From Paragordius varius (Eukaryota > Animalia > Nematomorpha), in contig OZ176051.1 in assembly GCA_964247055.1 (NCBI GenBank), positions 12,958,001 to 13,022,000 on the forward strand: DNA of 64,000 bases, in the 5' to 3' direction. A program made the position numbers and the translations under genes. Every line of letters begins with the position of its first letter. Position 1 is the stretch's first letter. Below are positions 38,800 through 51,620 of this stretch, in pieces. Below the pieces are notes generated by a model, which saw only the letters and a program-made list of their open reading frames with translations, did no database searches and was not told the origin of the DNA.

Positions 38800-40891
38800 T
38801 TAATAAATCGTAAAATTAGCGTCATTAATACCAAATTTTACTGGCAAAAGCCAAACCAATTTTAAACCAATTTTTCAGTATTTAATTTAATCAAATCAAT
38901 AATCATACTAACTTAATTTTTAGTTAGGATTTCGAAAGTTATCAGGCCAGCCCTGCTAAAATAAGCCAGTCAAACTATACCAAAAGCTATGAGATCGGGA
39001 TAAGATTTTGAATATATGCTAATTGTGATATATAAGTACTTTTTGATCAAAAGGTATACTTTGCTTGCAAATTAAAATTTGGAAAAATTATGCATAGAAA
39101 TAGGATAAAAACATTGATACTAAAAACTTGATGCTGCTATTTCTTATTATTTCTTCATACAATAAAATCCATTTTAAAATATTTAAATATTTGTGAATCT
39201 TTAAATATGAACCTTGTAAATTTTGGGGTGATAAAAATCTTTAGCAACTATAAGAGTGAAAACTCGAACATGATATAAAAACCTCTGATAAAATAAGCAA
39301 AAGGAATTAAATTTAATACCGATCTCAACTCAAATCATGGATTATTTTAAAAGTCGAACAGATTTACTTATTTTTTTTCGTTTTTGTCAATCACGAAAAA
39401 TATGAAGACATTTTCTCGAAACCAAATTTTAAAGCAAAAATTTATTTTTTTCGCCATATTTTTTAATTTTAGGAAACCCTAGAATTTACAACACTGTGAG
39501 AAATTACCTTCTAACAAAATATATATAGTTCATCGATATAATTCATATGTAAATGCATATTTTTTGGATTAAATTATAAACATTATATAATAATTAGCTT
39601 ATGAATTTGCGATTTCGAACAGCATATGTCTCCGATTGAAGTATTAAATGATTGATTAATATTCTGTTATTCATGAGTTTAACCACACTACCCTTTCTCG
39701 TTATCACATGGCATTTGATTATTATGAAAGCGATTGGTTTTTATTTTGCTCTTTTAAATTATCTTTTGCGGATGTAATAAAAAACTAACCAAGGCTCATA
39801 TGCGGGTGCTATTCATTTTCACAATAAGTATTATAAAAAAAATTACCGCTTCAATAAAAGAGAAGCCTATGATTGTTTCTATTATATTAGTTTTTTAGCC
39901 AAGAAAATTAACTAATTTGTTTGATGTGGTTATAACAACGGTAAGCTATTTCAATTCTTTTATTTACAGAATGTAAAAAATATCATTTTTGTAATTAACT
40001 TGGCTTTAAGATTATATTTTACTTAGGATATTAAATTATAAAAACTGCCAGCCATGAAAAAACTAGTCAAAATTTAGTTAAAATTATACATAAAAAAATT
40101 AATTTTCCTATCTTAAACATTTTATTTTATTTTCATTTTTATCGGCACGGAAGTTTATCGCCTTTGGGAATTGTTTTTATTATAGAATTAAGAAATGAAG
40201 CTGTTTGACTTATTTTTATAAAAAACAAAATGATATAATTCAAAGAAAAGTTGTCAAAATTGGTTTATTTGTCTCTTTCTCCAATTTAATATATTTATAA
40301 AGTAAATTAACTAGAGAGATTATTATTTTTGACCTTTTATAGACATACATACATTAAGATTTGCTTATAACATTTTTACAATTTATTCAATTGATAAGGG
40401 AATAATAATTATAAAGTGTAGTGTCTCAAATATTTTTTTGTTTAACAAAAAATATTTCACATGATTTTATGGTAAAATTAACTAAAGTTTATCATTATCA
40501 TTTTATTTAGTATAACCAATTATTATAGGTAAAACACCTGACATGAATGTATCCATGACTGTGCAATTTTAGCGCTTAAATGTATAATCCAATTTTATTT
40601 GAAAAAATCCAGTATAAGTTAGATGGTTGTCAAACTTTTATTATCCCTAGGAAAGTTTTTTAGATACAAAGTAAGTTTTTTTTCACACTAATAAGAAAAC
40701 AATAGAATAAGTTCTTATGTTTATTCATCCCATCCAATATTAGTAATAAACTTTTTTTGTTTATCATAACGCTATCCTAGACACCATGATCTTTTGATAC
40801 ATTTTTATGTGAAAGTTTTTTAAATATTTCCAACTACCGTATTGGATATTTTGCCTAATTAAGAAACTGTTAAAATATTACGACAATAGTG

Positions 40892-41152
40892 CATGGGTGT
40901 CCAACAGGCAACCCGCCAAAATATTTCTGCAGCCCGCCAGATTCAAATATAAATTTTTTAAAATATAAGTAAATTGATTTTTTTGAACAAACTTTTTCTG
41001 AATAAGCCTTATATAGGCAATGAATTAGCGAAAATTGTTATGATAATTAGAGTTTTTGCAGTTTTGTGTTTGACATCTAATGAAATAATTGTTTTTTATA
41101 CCTATATATTTTGAAATGCGGCCCGCGAAGCCATTTGTGTTGGACACCCCTG
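40892..41152. mobile_element. hAT-like MITE, 261 bp
   Basis: TIRs CATGGGTGTCCAAC / GTTGGACACCCCTG, with GCGGCCCGCG subterminal motifs. No matching 8-bp TSD was seen. Related degenerate copies lie at ~55210-55353 and ~2555-2592. Confidence 0.65.
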
Positions 41153-42885
41153 TTGTAGAGTAATTATTTGACTCGGATAATTAAATTGATTTAGTAAAAA
41201 AGGTACTAAGTTTCAAGTATTAGGAATAAAATTTTAAAAAATGAATGATAACCTTTTAAAGATTAATATATTATTTACAAATTTATCAAAAATACGAAAA
41301 GCTTATAATTATCTCATATTAGCCAAAAATCAATCTGCCTTTTATAGGATCACAAGATACTCAAAATTTATTTAGCTTCAACTAATTCCTAGTTAATCCA
41401 TAAATCAATAATTTTATATAGCACATCATATCATATCGATATTTTTAAAAGACTAATGAAATAGAGTTTAACACGAAAATATGTTATCTCTTAGATTTAC
41501 AAATGTCACACGAAAACTGTATGGAAACTAGAAAAACTTACATCATAAATATTAAAATTAAAATATTTTGTGTATTTTTAATTAAACTTCAAAAATTTAC
41601 ATTTTTTAAATATTTAATGAAAGATGAAACTTTTTTTTTTAATTAATTAAATGTATAAATACTTCTTTACTTTTTTGATACATATATTATTTTAATTAAA
41701 ATATCACAACAACATAGAGTGTTTTGATGAGTTTTTTGTACATGACCGCTTTTCACAGTAAAAATCTTTAATACTTTTTGATTTAATTTTAAATATATAC
41801 CGTGTGCCGATGGGAAACAATGTTAATATGCAAAAAAAATTAGGCTCTTTTTCAAATTAATTAAAATATTTTTTTGCTTAGCATATTTTTAAATATAAAT
41901 ATGAATTTATTATTTCATGTTTATCCTAAATAAAATGTTTCATATTTTTCGCCCATTTTAGCAGAATAATATTGATTATAAACTAAAATTGTGTCAGATG
42001 ACATGTTTTAAAAAATCTAAAAAAAAACTTATATTCGGAAATGTATTTTTATTAGTTGTTTTTAGTATTAATGATTAATTAATTGTTTTGATAAGTTTTT
42101 ATATGTTGAAATGATCAATTCAAATTGTCAGTCTATCGTTCATTCATGTGCAGTACATATACAAAATCTAATTAAATTAATTACAAGCGAAATAGCTCAT
42201 TAATTATTTATTGATTTAATTTTTTGAACTCATTAATATTAATTATGAGTTTGGAATGACATAAAATGTTTAAGTACTAGCGATTTTCCCATTATAAGTA
42301 ACATTTTAGAATTAAATAAATTTAATAATATGCCCTGTATGTCCATGAGCATGTCAATATATATTAATTTCACCGTAAAATTTGTTTATATTACAAATTT
42401 TCGTCTTGATTGATTATAAAATTTTAAGTTTCCTTCATTTATTACGTAATTATGATAGTTTTTGGAGTAGTACTCTTGATTGGGATTAAAGTTGGTTTGA
42501 TATTCATTGTAATAACTTTTTTAACAAATTTTCGTTAAAGTGTCAGAAATTTCAGTTTTTTCCAAACGGAAAAGTTTTTTTACATGCAAGTTAAGGAATA
42601 AATTAGTAAGATATCTTATAATTCTTTAATATCCATATAAATGCTTACAATTTTTTATTATACAATGAAACCAATTTTTTAAAAGCTCACGAATTTCCAC
42701 AAAATATGTATATATGAATAAATGGTTTGCTGTGAAATTCGACTTCCGCTCCGGAACATCAAGTCAAAACCAAAGTTAATACATATCAAGCGTATTCATA
42801 GGTTATTAACTTAACTAAAAAACACGCAGACATACTCTGTCCTTCTGCAAACACACAAGTTGGTTACAAATTTTTCTCATTAATC

Positions 42886-43790
42886 ATGTCAAATTTTATG
42901 TGAAAGTTTTATTGCGGCCCGCGTTGCCATTAGAAGATAAACGCTGTTAAAAGTCATCATTTGGTGGTGGTAGAAACATATAGTTTTAAAGGATGAGCTA
43001 CATCGATCATAACATGTAAATTATGGTTTAGAAAACTTAATGATGGTTTCAATGTGAAAGAAAGTTGGCGCTATGGTGTACTACACACCTGCAACGATAA
43101 AAAGCAAGATTTATTGATTGATGACTCAAACTCTAAAGAATCAATACTTGTATTACAAAAACAATTAAAGATGTATGAATGAAAAACAATAAACTTAGAA
43201 AATGGTCCACCACAATGTGAATAGACGTAAATTCGAAAATCGCAAAGTGACTTGCGTAATCTTCCCTCAAAAGCAAGAAAATAAATTCTTTTCGGCGAAT
43301 AGGGACGGGTGTTAATAGCTTTATTTGTAATCTTAAGCGGAAGTCACTTTTATCTTACCAAGCCGTTCCAACCGAGGTCAAAACGCTTCAGCACATCCTG
43401 CATCTTGTATAAGAGCGGTATTGTATAGTATAAACCTTTATAAGTCCTCTGAAATTATTATATGTAAGTGTACACGTATATAACTTATACATTAATCGAA
43501 AAAACAGGAATGAGCCAGAAAACATAGCAAAACGATTGCTACATAATAATGCTTCGTCTTGCACTGCAGAATTAGTGAAAAACACCTTTAAATTGTTTGG
43601 ATGGAAATTTTATGGCATCCTCTGCTTATACAAGTTCGCATCAATCTGGCTACGCAAACACTTCAATAAATTTGAAGACGTTGGAAATTGACGATTGGTT
43701 TGCAAAAATCTATCATTGGCAAAGCGTTCATGTATTACCTGAGAGATAAATAATAATTCGTTAATCATTTTCAAGGTTGAAGATTTTAAT
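42886..43790 (+). pseudogene. Degenerate, near full-length mariner (Mos1-like DD34D) transposase
   Basis: Colinear blocks across frameshifts: MSNF (42886), KINAVKSHHLVVVETY, TCKLWFRKLNDGFNV, MVHHNVNRRKFENRKVTCVI, SFRRIGTGVNSFICNLKRKS (43287-43346), SGIV*Y, LLHNNASSCTAELVKNTFKLFGWK (~43536), DDWFAK and VHVLPER*. These follow Mos1 (TCERWFQRFKSGDF, WVPHELNERQMERRKNTC, FLHRIVTGDEKW, LHDNA, GIHKLPERW; from memory). TIRs were not identified. Confidence 0.85.
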
Positions 43791-44488
43791 ATCAAATCCG
43801 AATTGGTATATACCGTACTATGATGGACATATGAAAGACTGTTTATTGTAACTTATTTAATCTGATGTCATATTCAATGTGGTTTTTGTCGTTTTGGAAT
43901 CAACTAGCGATTATGAAAATTAAAAAATGAATTTTGGTTCACATTTGAGCTTTATGAGGCATTGTTGCATTTTATATGCGCATAAAATTAATAGTTGAAG
44001 TTATTTATAAACAAAATAACATCAAACGGATTATGAAGGTCCAATCTATTCATAAGTTACCAGTTTTTTGTTCAAAAACACATGTAATTTTGAAAGAAAA
44101 ATTATATTTATTGTACATCTCGGCTTCTACACTCGAAACAACAACTAAATTAAATAATATGCTTTATCCTCCTTAATATAAATACAACATTTATACTAAG
44201 TTTCATGCACAAAATTTGGATATCGGACAATCAACTATGAATATATGATGTGTTTGACCCAAATTTAATGGGCCTCCCAAAAATTCTATATTATGGATTA
44301 AATTTAATTAAATATTGTACGATAATTATAAACAAAAGAAATTAATTGTTTTTTCTATATAAGCTAATATGATGGGGTGAAAAAAATTGGTAGAAAAACC
44401 AAAAGTAGGTTAAAAAACACGGGTTTCTCCATGTAAAAGTTTGTCTTTTACTTTTCAAGTTTTGTGTTTTTCTAATTTGGTCATATAA

Positions 44489-47400
44489 TTAATTTTGATT
44501 ATCTTGTTCATATTTAACACCCATCAACTTTCGACATTGTTCAATGATTGAGGCAAATTCCATTGAGTCGTTGTGACTTACTATGGAACTTTCTTTCAAA
44601 CCTAAAACCAAAAATAAAATAGGTTATGAATTCATTTTTTTTATTTATTTTAACATTTATCACATAAATATTTCTGCAAAAAAAACAGTAAAGAACAACT
44701 TAAACTGTAACACAACCAATTTATAAACCCTTATAAGTTTTTGGCTGCCACAAAAAGTTATAATTTTTAAAATTTTGATAAATTAAAACGGATAAGACAT
44801 AAAAAATGATAATAAACAAATATAAACCGAAAAAAATAATGTTCAGAAGCATAAACATCCAAAAATGAATGAATTTTCAAGCACAGATTTATCTAAAAAT
44901 TTAAGTTAATTTTAATTAATGAATGAACTCCATACATATATAAAAAAGTATTTTCATTTCCCATTAGATACCAAAAACAAGAAGTATTAATATGCATAGG
45001 ATATAAACCTTCAAATATATATAATGGGATTATGACGCTAATAGGATACAATTTATTTTGATAGCATTTTATACGGATATTAACTATCGAATAAAAAAGT
45101 TGTAAAAAAAATATTTTTAAAAAATCCTTGATGAGATACGAAATCATATCAATAATAATTAAAAGGCTGCCTAAAAATATGACATTTTTCACTGTGGGGT
45201 GATATCCATTTTGAAACAATTATAATTTTGATTTTCTAGCTACTTAATAACTTATATCCATATATGATCATTTCCTGTAAAATCTCTTGAAAACACAATA
45301 ATTTTTTTTAAGTTTAAGACCCATCCCCCCTTTAATGTTATATTTATATTGTAAATACAATCGTATAAATCATTCTAAAAACACCGACCACGCCTATTTT
45401 GTTGGAGAAAAATGGTCATTACTTAATTATGATTAAGGCAAATTTTGATTTTTTTCTTAAAAAAAACTAAAAAAAGTAAACAGTGTGTCTATAACCTTTA
45501 TCAATGCATCGTTTAACCTCATCTGCTTCGTAGAGAAAACCAACGCCATTATCATAGATAGATTTTGCAACGGGTTGGGGGAATGGAAATGTGTGTTCTT
45601 TATCTTTAATGTACATTTTATCACTACACCAAAACGGTTTTGAAATCTACAAATCAAAATTGTAAAACATCATCATTGTTAAAGCAATGCATGCTTTTGG
45701 GCAAAAAAACGTATTTGATCAAAAAATTAAAATCGATATGACTTGGCAAAGAAAAAATGGTCAATTTTCCTCGAATGTAAATAAACCAGTTTTAAAAACA
45801 GATATAAAATCAAAAATTAGGATGCACGAAAATATCATCAACTATATAAAAAAATGTCTATTTCAAACGATTTATAAATTTTTTGGACAAATATTAAAAC
45901 ACATCAAAAATATCAGAAAGTCGCATTTAAATAAAAACATAAAAATTTGGGTTTAGCCAGAACCGCACAGAGAACAATTTGTATATATACCATTCACAAT
46001 GCAAATTCACCCTTAAACAACCTAATTCACCCTCGAACAATTCAAATTCACCCTTGAACAATTTATAATCGCCCTAAAAATGATTTATGTGTTTTCGGGC
46101 TAATGTAACTCATCAATATGTATATATCTTTATGGCTTAGTTTATTATTTTTATTCTTTTAATTTGAATAAAATTCCATTTTTAAAAATACAGATAATTT
46201 TTAATCTTGAAAAACACATAATTTCTTTTAGGATGACTTTATGTTCGAGGGTGAATTTGAAGTGTAAATAATTTACTTTTATTTCTCTATTACAACGTTT
46301 TACCATTTACCATTTACAATTTTCCATTTAAAATCAGCCAAAAATTTTTTTGTAATAAACTGAAAGAAATATGGTTTTTTTAGTTTTAAAAATAAATGTA
46401 AAAATAAAAACCTGTATGGTCCCTTTAGTACCACAAATGTTAGCTTCGTTGGGAACCTGAGTTACGCAAGAAAGTTGAAACGATGATATCCGATTATGAG
46501 AATATTCCAACGTTACACTATCAAAAACGTCACAACCTATATACATTCAATGGTAAACAAGCTATAACATTTAGCCTCAAATTATGATAAGTTTCTTTCT
46601 TTCGAAATAACCAGTGCAATGTCTATAAAGTAATTATACCTCATGCTTTTTTTGGTAAAAATCAAAAAATCTATAGTTTTTAAGTTGGTTAAAAAGCCGT
46701 CGCTAAAAAGTTATTAAACCTTGGGGGGGTATGGAAAAAATATATATATTATTAATTATTTTAATATTTACATATTTACACGTATGCAATTTATTATTTA
46801 AATCTAGACTTCTTAAATTTATATAAAAGCATCCATCATTTATAAACATTTTGAAAGGTTCATATGATTGGATATGTATGTCAATATATTCGGAGAAATC
46901 ATATGTCAAAAATAAATATAAGTCAAATTTCTACTTATGTCAAAATTTTAAGCCAAATACACCTTTGATGACTATGTTAAGTTTTAAGTTTTTATTTCCT
47001 CGTAAAAGTTTCTTACCGTATTCATTGAGGTATCCGATAGCAGTAATTTTTCTGGGATATTCCCCAAAAACCATTTGAGAAAGGGCAATACAATAAACTC
47101 CCATATCCATTATGACTCCACCCCCAAGTTCAGGCTTATAATATATATACATAAATGTTAATAAAAGCTTAGAAAGTACATTTAAGAATATATATACAGT
47201 CATGTATCTTTTTTTTTATCAAAAATTTATTTATTTTCGTTAAATGGGCATAAATATTTGGTAAAGAATGAAAAAAAACAAGAGCTCTATGGTAATTCTT
47301 TTACTTTTTGATGAATATGATATTGTTAATACCATAAAGCTCTTTAATTATCTATTTTTACAAAATATTTATATTTATACCCATTTAACGAAAAAAAATA

Positions 47401-49115
47401 AATTTTTGATAAAATAAAGGATACATGACTGTATTAAATTTTATGTGCAAATACAATTGATATTTCACAAAATGATGTGGTTCCTTTATTTTATTTAAAG
47501 AATGAAAAAAACAAGACTATGGTATTAAGAATATCATATTCGTCAAATAAGTGTGAAAAAAGGCGTCGAAAATCTTATATGTTAAAAATATGTTTGATCT
47601 GTTTTGTTTAAAACATCAATTTGTTTCAAAAAAAGTAATAAAATTTTGATAAAAAATTTAGCAAAAATTTATTACCAAGCCAACATTTATTTTAAGATAG
47701 AGGGTTACTTGCTATTATATTTTATTATACTTAAACACATTTTACTATAGAGGATTTTCGACGCCCTTCCCCCACACTTCTTTTACGTTTTTCATGAATA
47801 TGATATTGTTAAATACCATAGAGCTCTTGTTTTTTCCATTCTTCGTCAAATATTGCTACCCATTTAACGAAAAAAAAAATAATTTTTTTATAAAATAATG
47901 GAAACATGATTGTAAGAAAAGAGAGACAAATACAATAATAGTACGCACAAAATGAGAATTGAATCTCCATATTTATGCGATGTAGCCTTACCTTCAAAAC
48001 TCTGTCGGATAAAATATCCCCTGAAACGCCAAACGTAACAGTAACCAATTTAACATCACCCAAAGTTTTTTTCTTGAGTTCTGCCCTTAAACGTTCTTGA
48101 ACGGGAAAAAATCGGGCCCACATACCCTGTAGTGCCAATATAGATACGATAAAAAATTTAAGTAAATTGATAAAAAATTAATTTTTTTATCAAAAATAAT
48201 GTCAATTTAAATATATATTTTAAATTTTTAAATTGATATTTTGGGGCAAGAAAATGCTGTAAATGGCAAATATGAATGCTAACCTTGAATGTTATGTGTT
48301 GATAGGGTTTAACACTTAAATTTATTGTAAAACATAAAATTTATATATTTAACAAAACAACTATATTGATATAAAATTTGATTAAAAAAACACTATTGAA
48401 TACATATTCCATATGTCTAAAAGCAAGGCAAATCTAATTAACATAATTTTAAATGGATAACATGTATTTTAAAATACCATGTATTTAAATAATTTTTGAA
48501 AAAAATTTTAAATGGTAGAAAACAAAACTGTGTTACATTAACTTCTATTTGTAACATATGCAAGCTTACCTCCATGAAAAAAACATTTTGAGATTTAGCC
48601 AAGTTTATCATTTCTGAAACTTCGCGGACATTCATTCCCAGAGGTTTTTCACACAAAACGTTTTTCTTTTTCTTAAGTAACATCATAACGACAGGGTAAT
48701 GGCCATTATTGGTATTTCCAACATAAAAAACATCTAATCAAAAATAGAAAAGCTCATGGATTAAAATAGATTATATTTGATGTGATAATAATTTAGACCT
48801 AAATTAAAAAAACAATCATAAAAAACGTTAACAAATTTTAATTTTGCGGAATTATTATAACAAAATATATATTATACCTATATCAGGATTATTGGCCATT
48901 TCCTCATAATTACCGTAACTCATGGGTATTTCATGTTTTTTGGCAAATTCATCGGCTTTTGATTTCTCACGGGCTGCAACAGCCATTATCTAAATTAATA
49001 GATATAAAAACGTTTTTACTTTATGCTTTTTTTCTGGATCACTTCGGAGGCCAATACAAAAATCATTACTAATTTTTCCGGCTGAAACAATTCCCCACCG
49101 AAGTTGTGTTGGCAT
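44489..49115 (-). CDS. DHDH: Trans-1,2-dihydrobenzene-1,2-diol dehydrogenase / D-xylose 1-dehydrogenase (Gfo/Idh/MocA family), 337 aa, 8 exons
   Basis: Exons 49115-49020, 48989-48878, 48733-48570, 48126-47992, 47134-47017, 46536-46412, 45646-45496, 44601-44489 (1014 nt, frame-consistent, all GT-AG). Motifs LRWGIVSAGKISNDF, VLCEKP, FFME|GMWARFFP, GGGVIMDMGVY, GTKG, PFWC, GFLYEADEV and GLKES match animal DHDH end to end. Confidence 0.96.
45990..46271. mobile_element. MITE family D, copy 3, in DHDH intron 6
   Basis: TA|CCATTCACAATGCAAATTCACCC, then about 4 21-bp units, then GGGTGAATTTGAAGTGTAAAT. Confidence 0.75.
47197..47431. mobile_element. TA-flanked hairpin MITE in DHDH intron 4; a longer relative lies at ~47465-47910
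   Basis: TA|CAGTCATGTATC ... GATACATGACTG|TA with ~65-bp arms and an inner inverted pair GAGCTCTATGGTA / TACCATAAAGCTC. Confidence 0.8.
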
Positions 49116-49234
49116 TGTGAAATGTCGAAAGACAAAAATGATGAGTAATGGTTAAATCAAACAAGGTTATATGATACATTTGTAAAAACATACGATGATA
49201 TATATTTGGTAAGGTTATAAATAAACCTATCTAA

Positions 49235-49798
49235 ATCTTAAATACAACACACTCATTTTAGTCCTTCGATTCAAATTGGGGTAGTTGGATACCCCAGGCC
49301 TGTTTAAAATCAAATATTTTAAAAAGTATGGAAGGAATCGAAACCAGGGCAAAATTTAGTACTTATAAAACATTAATAAACCGAAATATATAAAAAAATT
49401 GAAAAATACTTGATATTATTTATTTAAGTAAAAAGCGAAAGGTAAAAATTTCGACAATGGGACATGTGTTGTATTAAAATATAATACAAAATAAACCGCT
49501 TTTTCTATTTAATGTTAGATGTAATTTATATAAAAAATTAGCTATAGTTTTACCCTTAAAATTATATGAAGTAGATATTTTGCAAAAATTTTGTAAAATA
49601 AAAATGGCGTCGAAGTAGTTTGACATGAAACTTTTTTTTCAAAACAATATTTTATATAGATATTTTGGCATATTTATATAATTTGTATCAGGATAGAAGC
49701 ATAAATTTAAATTGGGACCGTTTACTTCAGTAGTTTTTTAAAAATCCTAACTCAAATTTTGTCTTGGGTATCTAGATACCCCCATTTGAATCAAAGTG
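49235..49798. mobile_element. piggyBac-like element family P, copy 7, ~120 bp upstream of the DHDH start codon
   Basis: ATACAACACACTCATTTTAGTCCTTCGATTCAAATTGGGGTAGTTGGATACCCC ... CCCCCATTTGAATCAAAGTG|TTAA. Confidence 0.8.
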
Positions 49799-50394
49799 TT
49801 AAAGTAATTTTTTGTTGTTTTATTATTATTAGCATGACCTCATAATCCTTTTTATTTTACTGCAAAAATTGTTTTAGTGTTGAAATTTTTAAATTTTTTT
49901 AGCTTTTTTGGGTATTTATTAATCACAGAGCGTATTTGAATATCTTAAAAATAATTTAAGGTAACGAGCTAAATTGAAAATCATGCTTTGTTAAGCTTCA
50001 AAAAAAATTTAAGTAAAATATTCTACGTCAGAAACTTATTATAGTCTATTTATATGGGATTTCATTCGTACAACAGGCAGATAATTGTATCTTATAAAGT
50101 GTACAAAAGCTTTCACCTGCTATTCACAAAAAAATATATTGATTTTAATATCAGCTATTTCCAATCTTGTAAGCTGTCCTAATTTTGTATCCAATAGTCA
50201 TAAAACCATTAAATATATTAGTTTTTATAATAATATATAAAAAAATGTTTGATAATTAATTTAATTAAAATAATTTTTTACAAGGTTGATTGATCTTTGA
50301 GAAAGGCCATGAAATTTTTGAATGTATAAATGTGTTAACGAAATATAATACCCTTTATTAACAATCCTGGCCGAAAATTATGAATGCATATTAA

Positions 50395-50880
50395 TACTTT
50401 AAATAGGAGATATCTAGGGGCTCCGGATTAATTTTTTTTTAAAAAAACTGTCGAAAGAAACTGTGCCAATTTAAATTTATGATTCTATCTTAATATCATG
50501 ATTAACCAAAATATAAATTTTAGTTTTAAAAAAAGGTCAAACTACTTGACGCCATTTTTATTTTGATCGTGTTTATATGATTTTTACGCCATAGAGCTAC
50601 TTTTTATTTGAACCACATCTTTCATATATCATGTGGATATTGTATTATTTTGGTAATTAGCTCATGCACTCAATTCATGTTGATCAACCTTGAAATTTAT
50701 ACATAAAATAAGTAATATCAACTTTTTTAATTGCAATTTCGGTGCATCATTGTTATATAAATGTAAACTGCAATGATTTCAGTTTGTTCCATATTTTTAT
50801 AATTATTTCATTTTAACAGGCCCATGGTCCCCAAAGATTCCAATTGAAAGTGGAGGACTGTGAATATTTTGTATCAAATA
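50395..50880. mobile_element. piggyBac-like element family P, old degenerate copy 8
   Basis: The interior (CAAACTACTTGACGCCATTTTTATTTT, ATTTCGGT, TTTAACAGGCC) is colinear with family P; termini are eroded. Confidence 0.5.
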
Positions 50881-51299
50881 AAATAAAGAAATGGGTAATG
50901 ATTTTTCATTTTTTATAAAATAATTGTATCATGCGCTCAAAAGGCTAAAGATATCACATTCGTATATCTGTTATAAAAGTATGAAAATATCATGAAGTGT
51001 TTTATAAAATTATAAATTAATATAAATTTTTAGTAGTGAACTTTTATTCTTGTCTGGATGTTGCTTTATATTTTTAAGGCTTGCTAGCAACAATTTTTAT
51101 AAATATTTAGCCCCACTAAAATTTTCAGGTTGATGAAAGCATTTGCCGTTAAAACACTCTCTATTATTTTATCTACTCATTTTGTAAGGAGTATATTTGA
51201 TAATATAATGGAACTATACAAATATTATCAACATTCCATTTCAAATTTATGATGAAATAAATCTATACATGTTTTAATGGTGAAGTCCACTTTTGTATC

Positions 51300-51620
51300 C
51301 ACCCAATATGAATAATTTAATTAGCCAAATATCATATAAACAGTTTATAGCATTAACAAAGGTATCTATTACATATAAAGCCTAAATTATATACATAATT
51401 AGTTTCCAAAATAATTTTATCCATATTTTTAAATCTGTCAAGTGTACCCTACACCACACTTGCAAATCTTGAAGTTTCATTTGATCATATGATTTCTTAT
51501 CACCTTCGAATCAAGTTTTCTTGCTTGACTCAACTCTAATGTTAAATTTTTATGTGTATAAGCGAGCCATGACTTTAAAAACTTGCAAGTCAAGTCAAAA
51601 AAAATTTTATCACCCCACCT
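51300..51620. mobile_element. Second copy of family E (reverse orientation relative to 7675-8000)
   Basis: TTGCAAGTCAAGTCAAAAAAAATTTTATCACCCCACC|TA terminus; colinear with 7675-8000. Confidence 0.65.

Noticed and set aside
43388-43795. Minus-strand ORFs and an apparent AG/GT-bounded exon at ~43358-43450
   Set aside because: The region is explained by the plus-strand mariner pseudogene.
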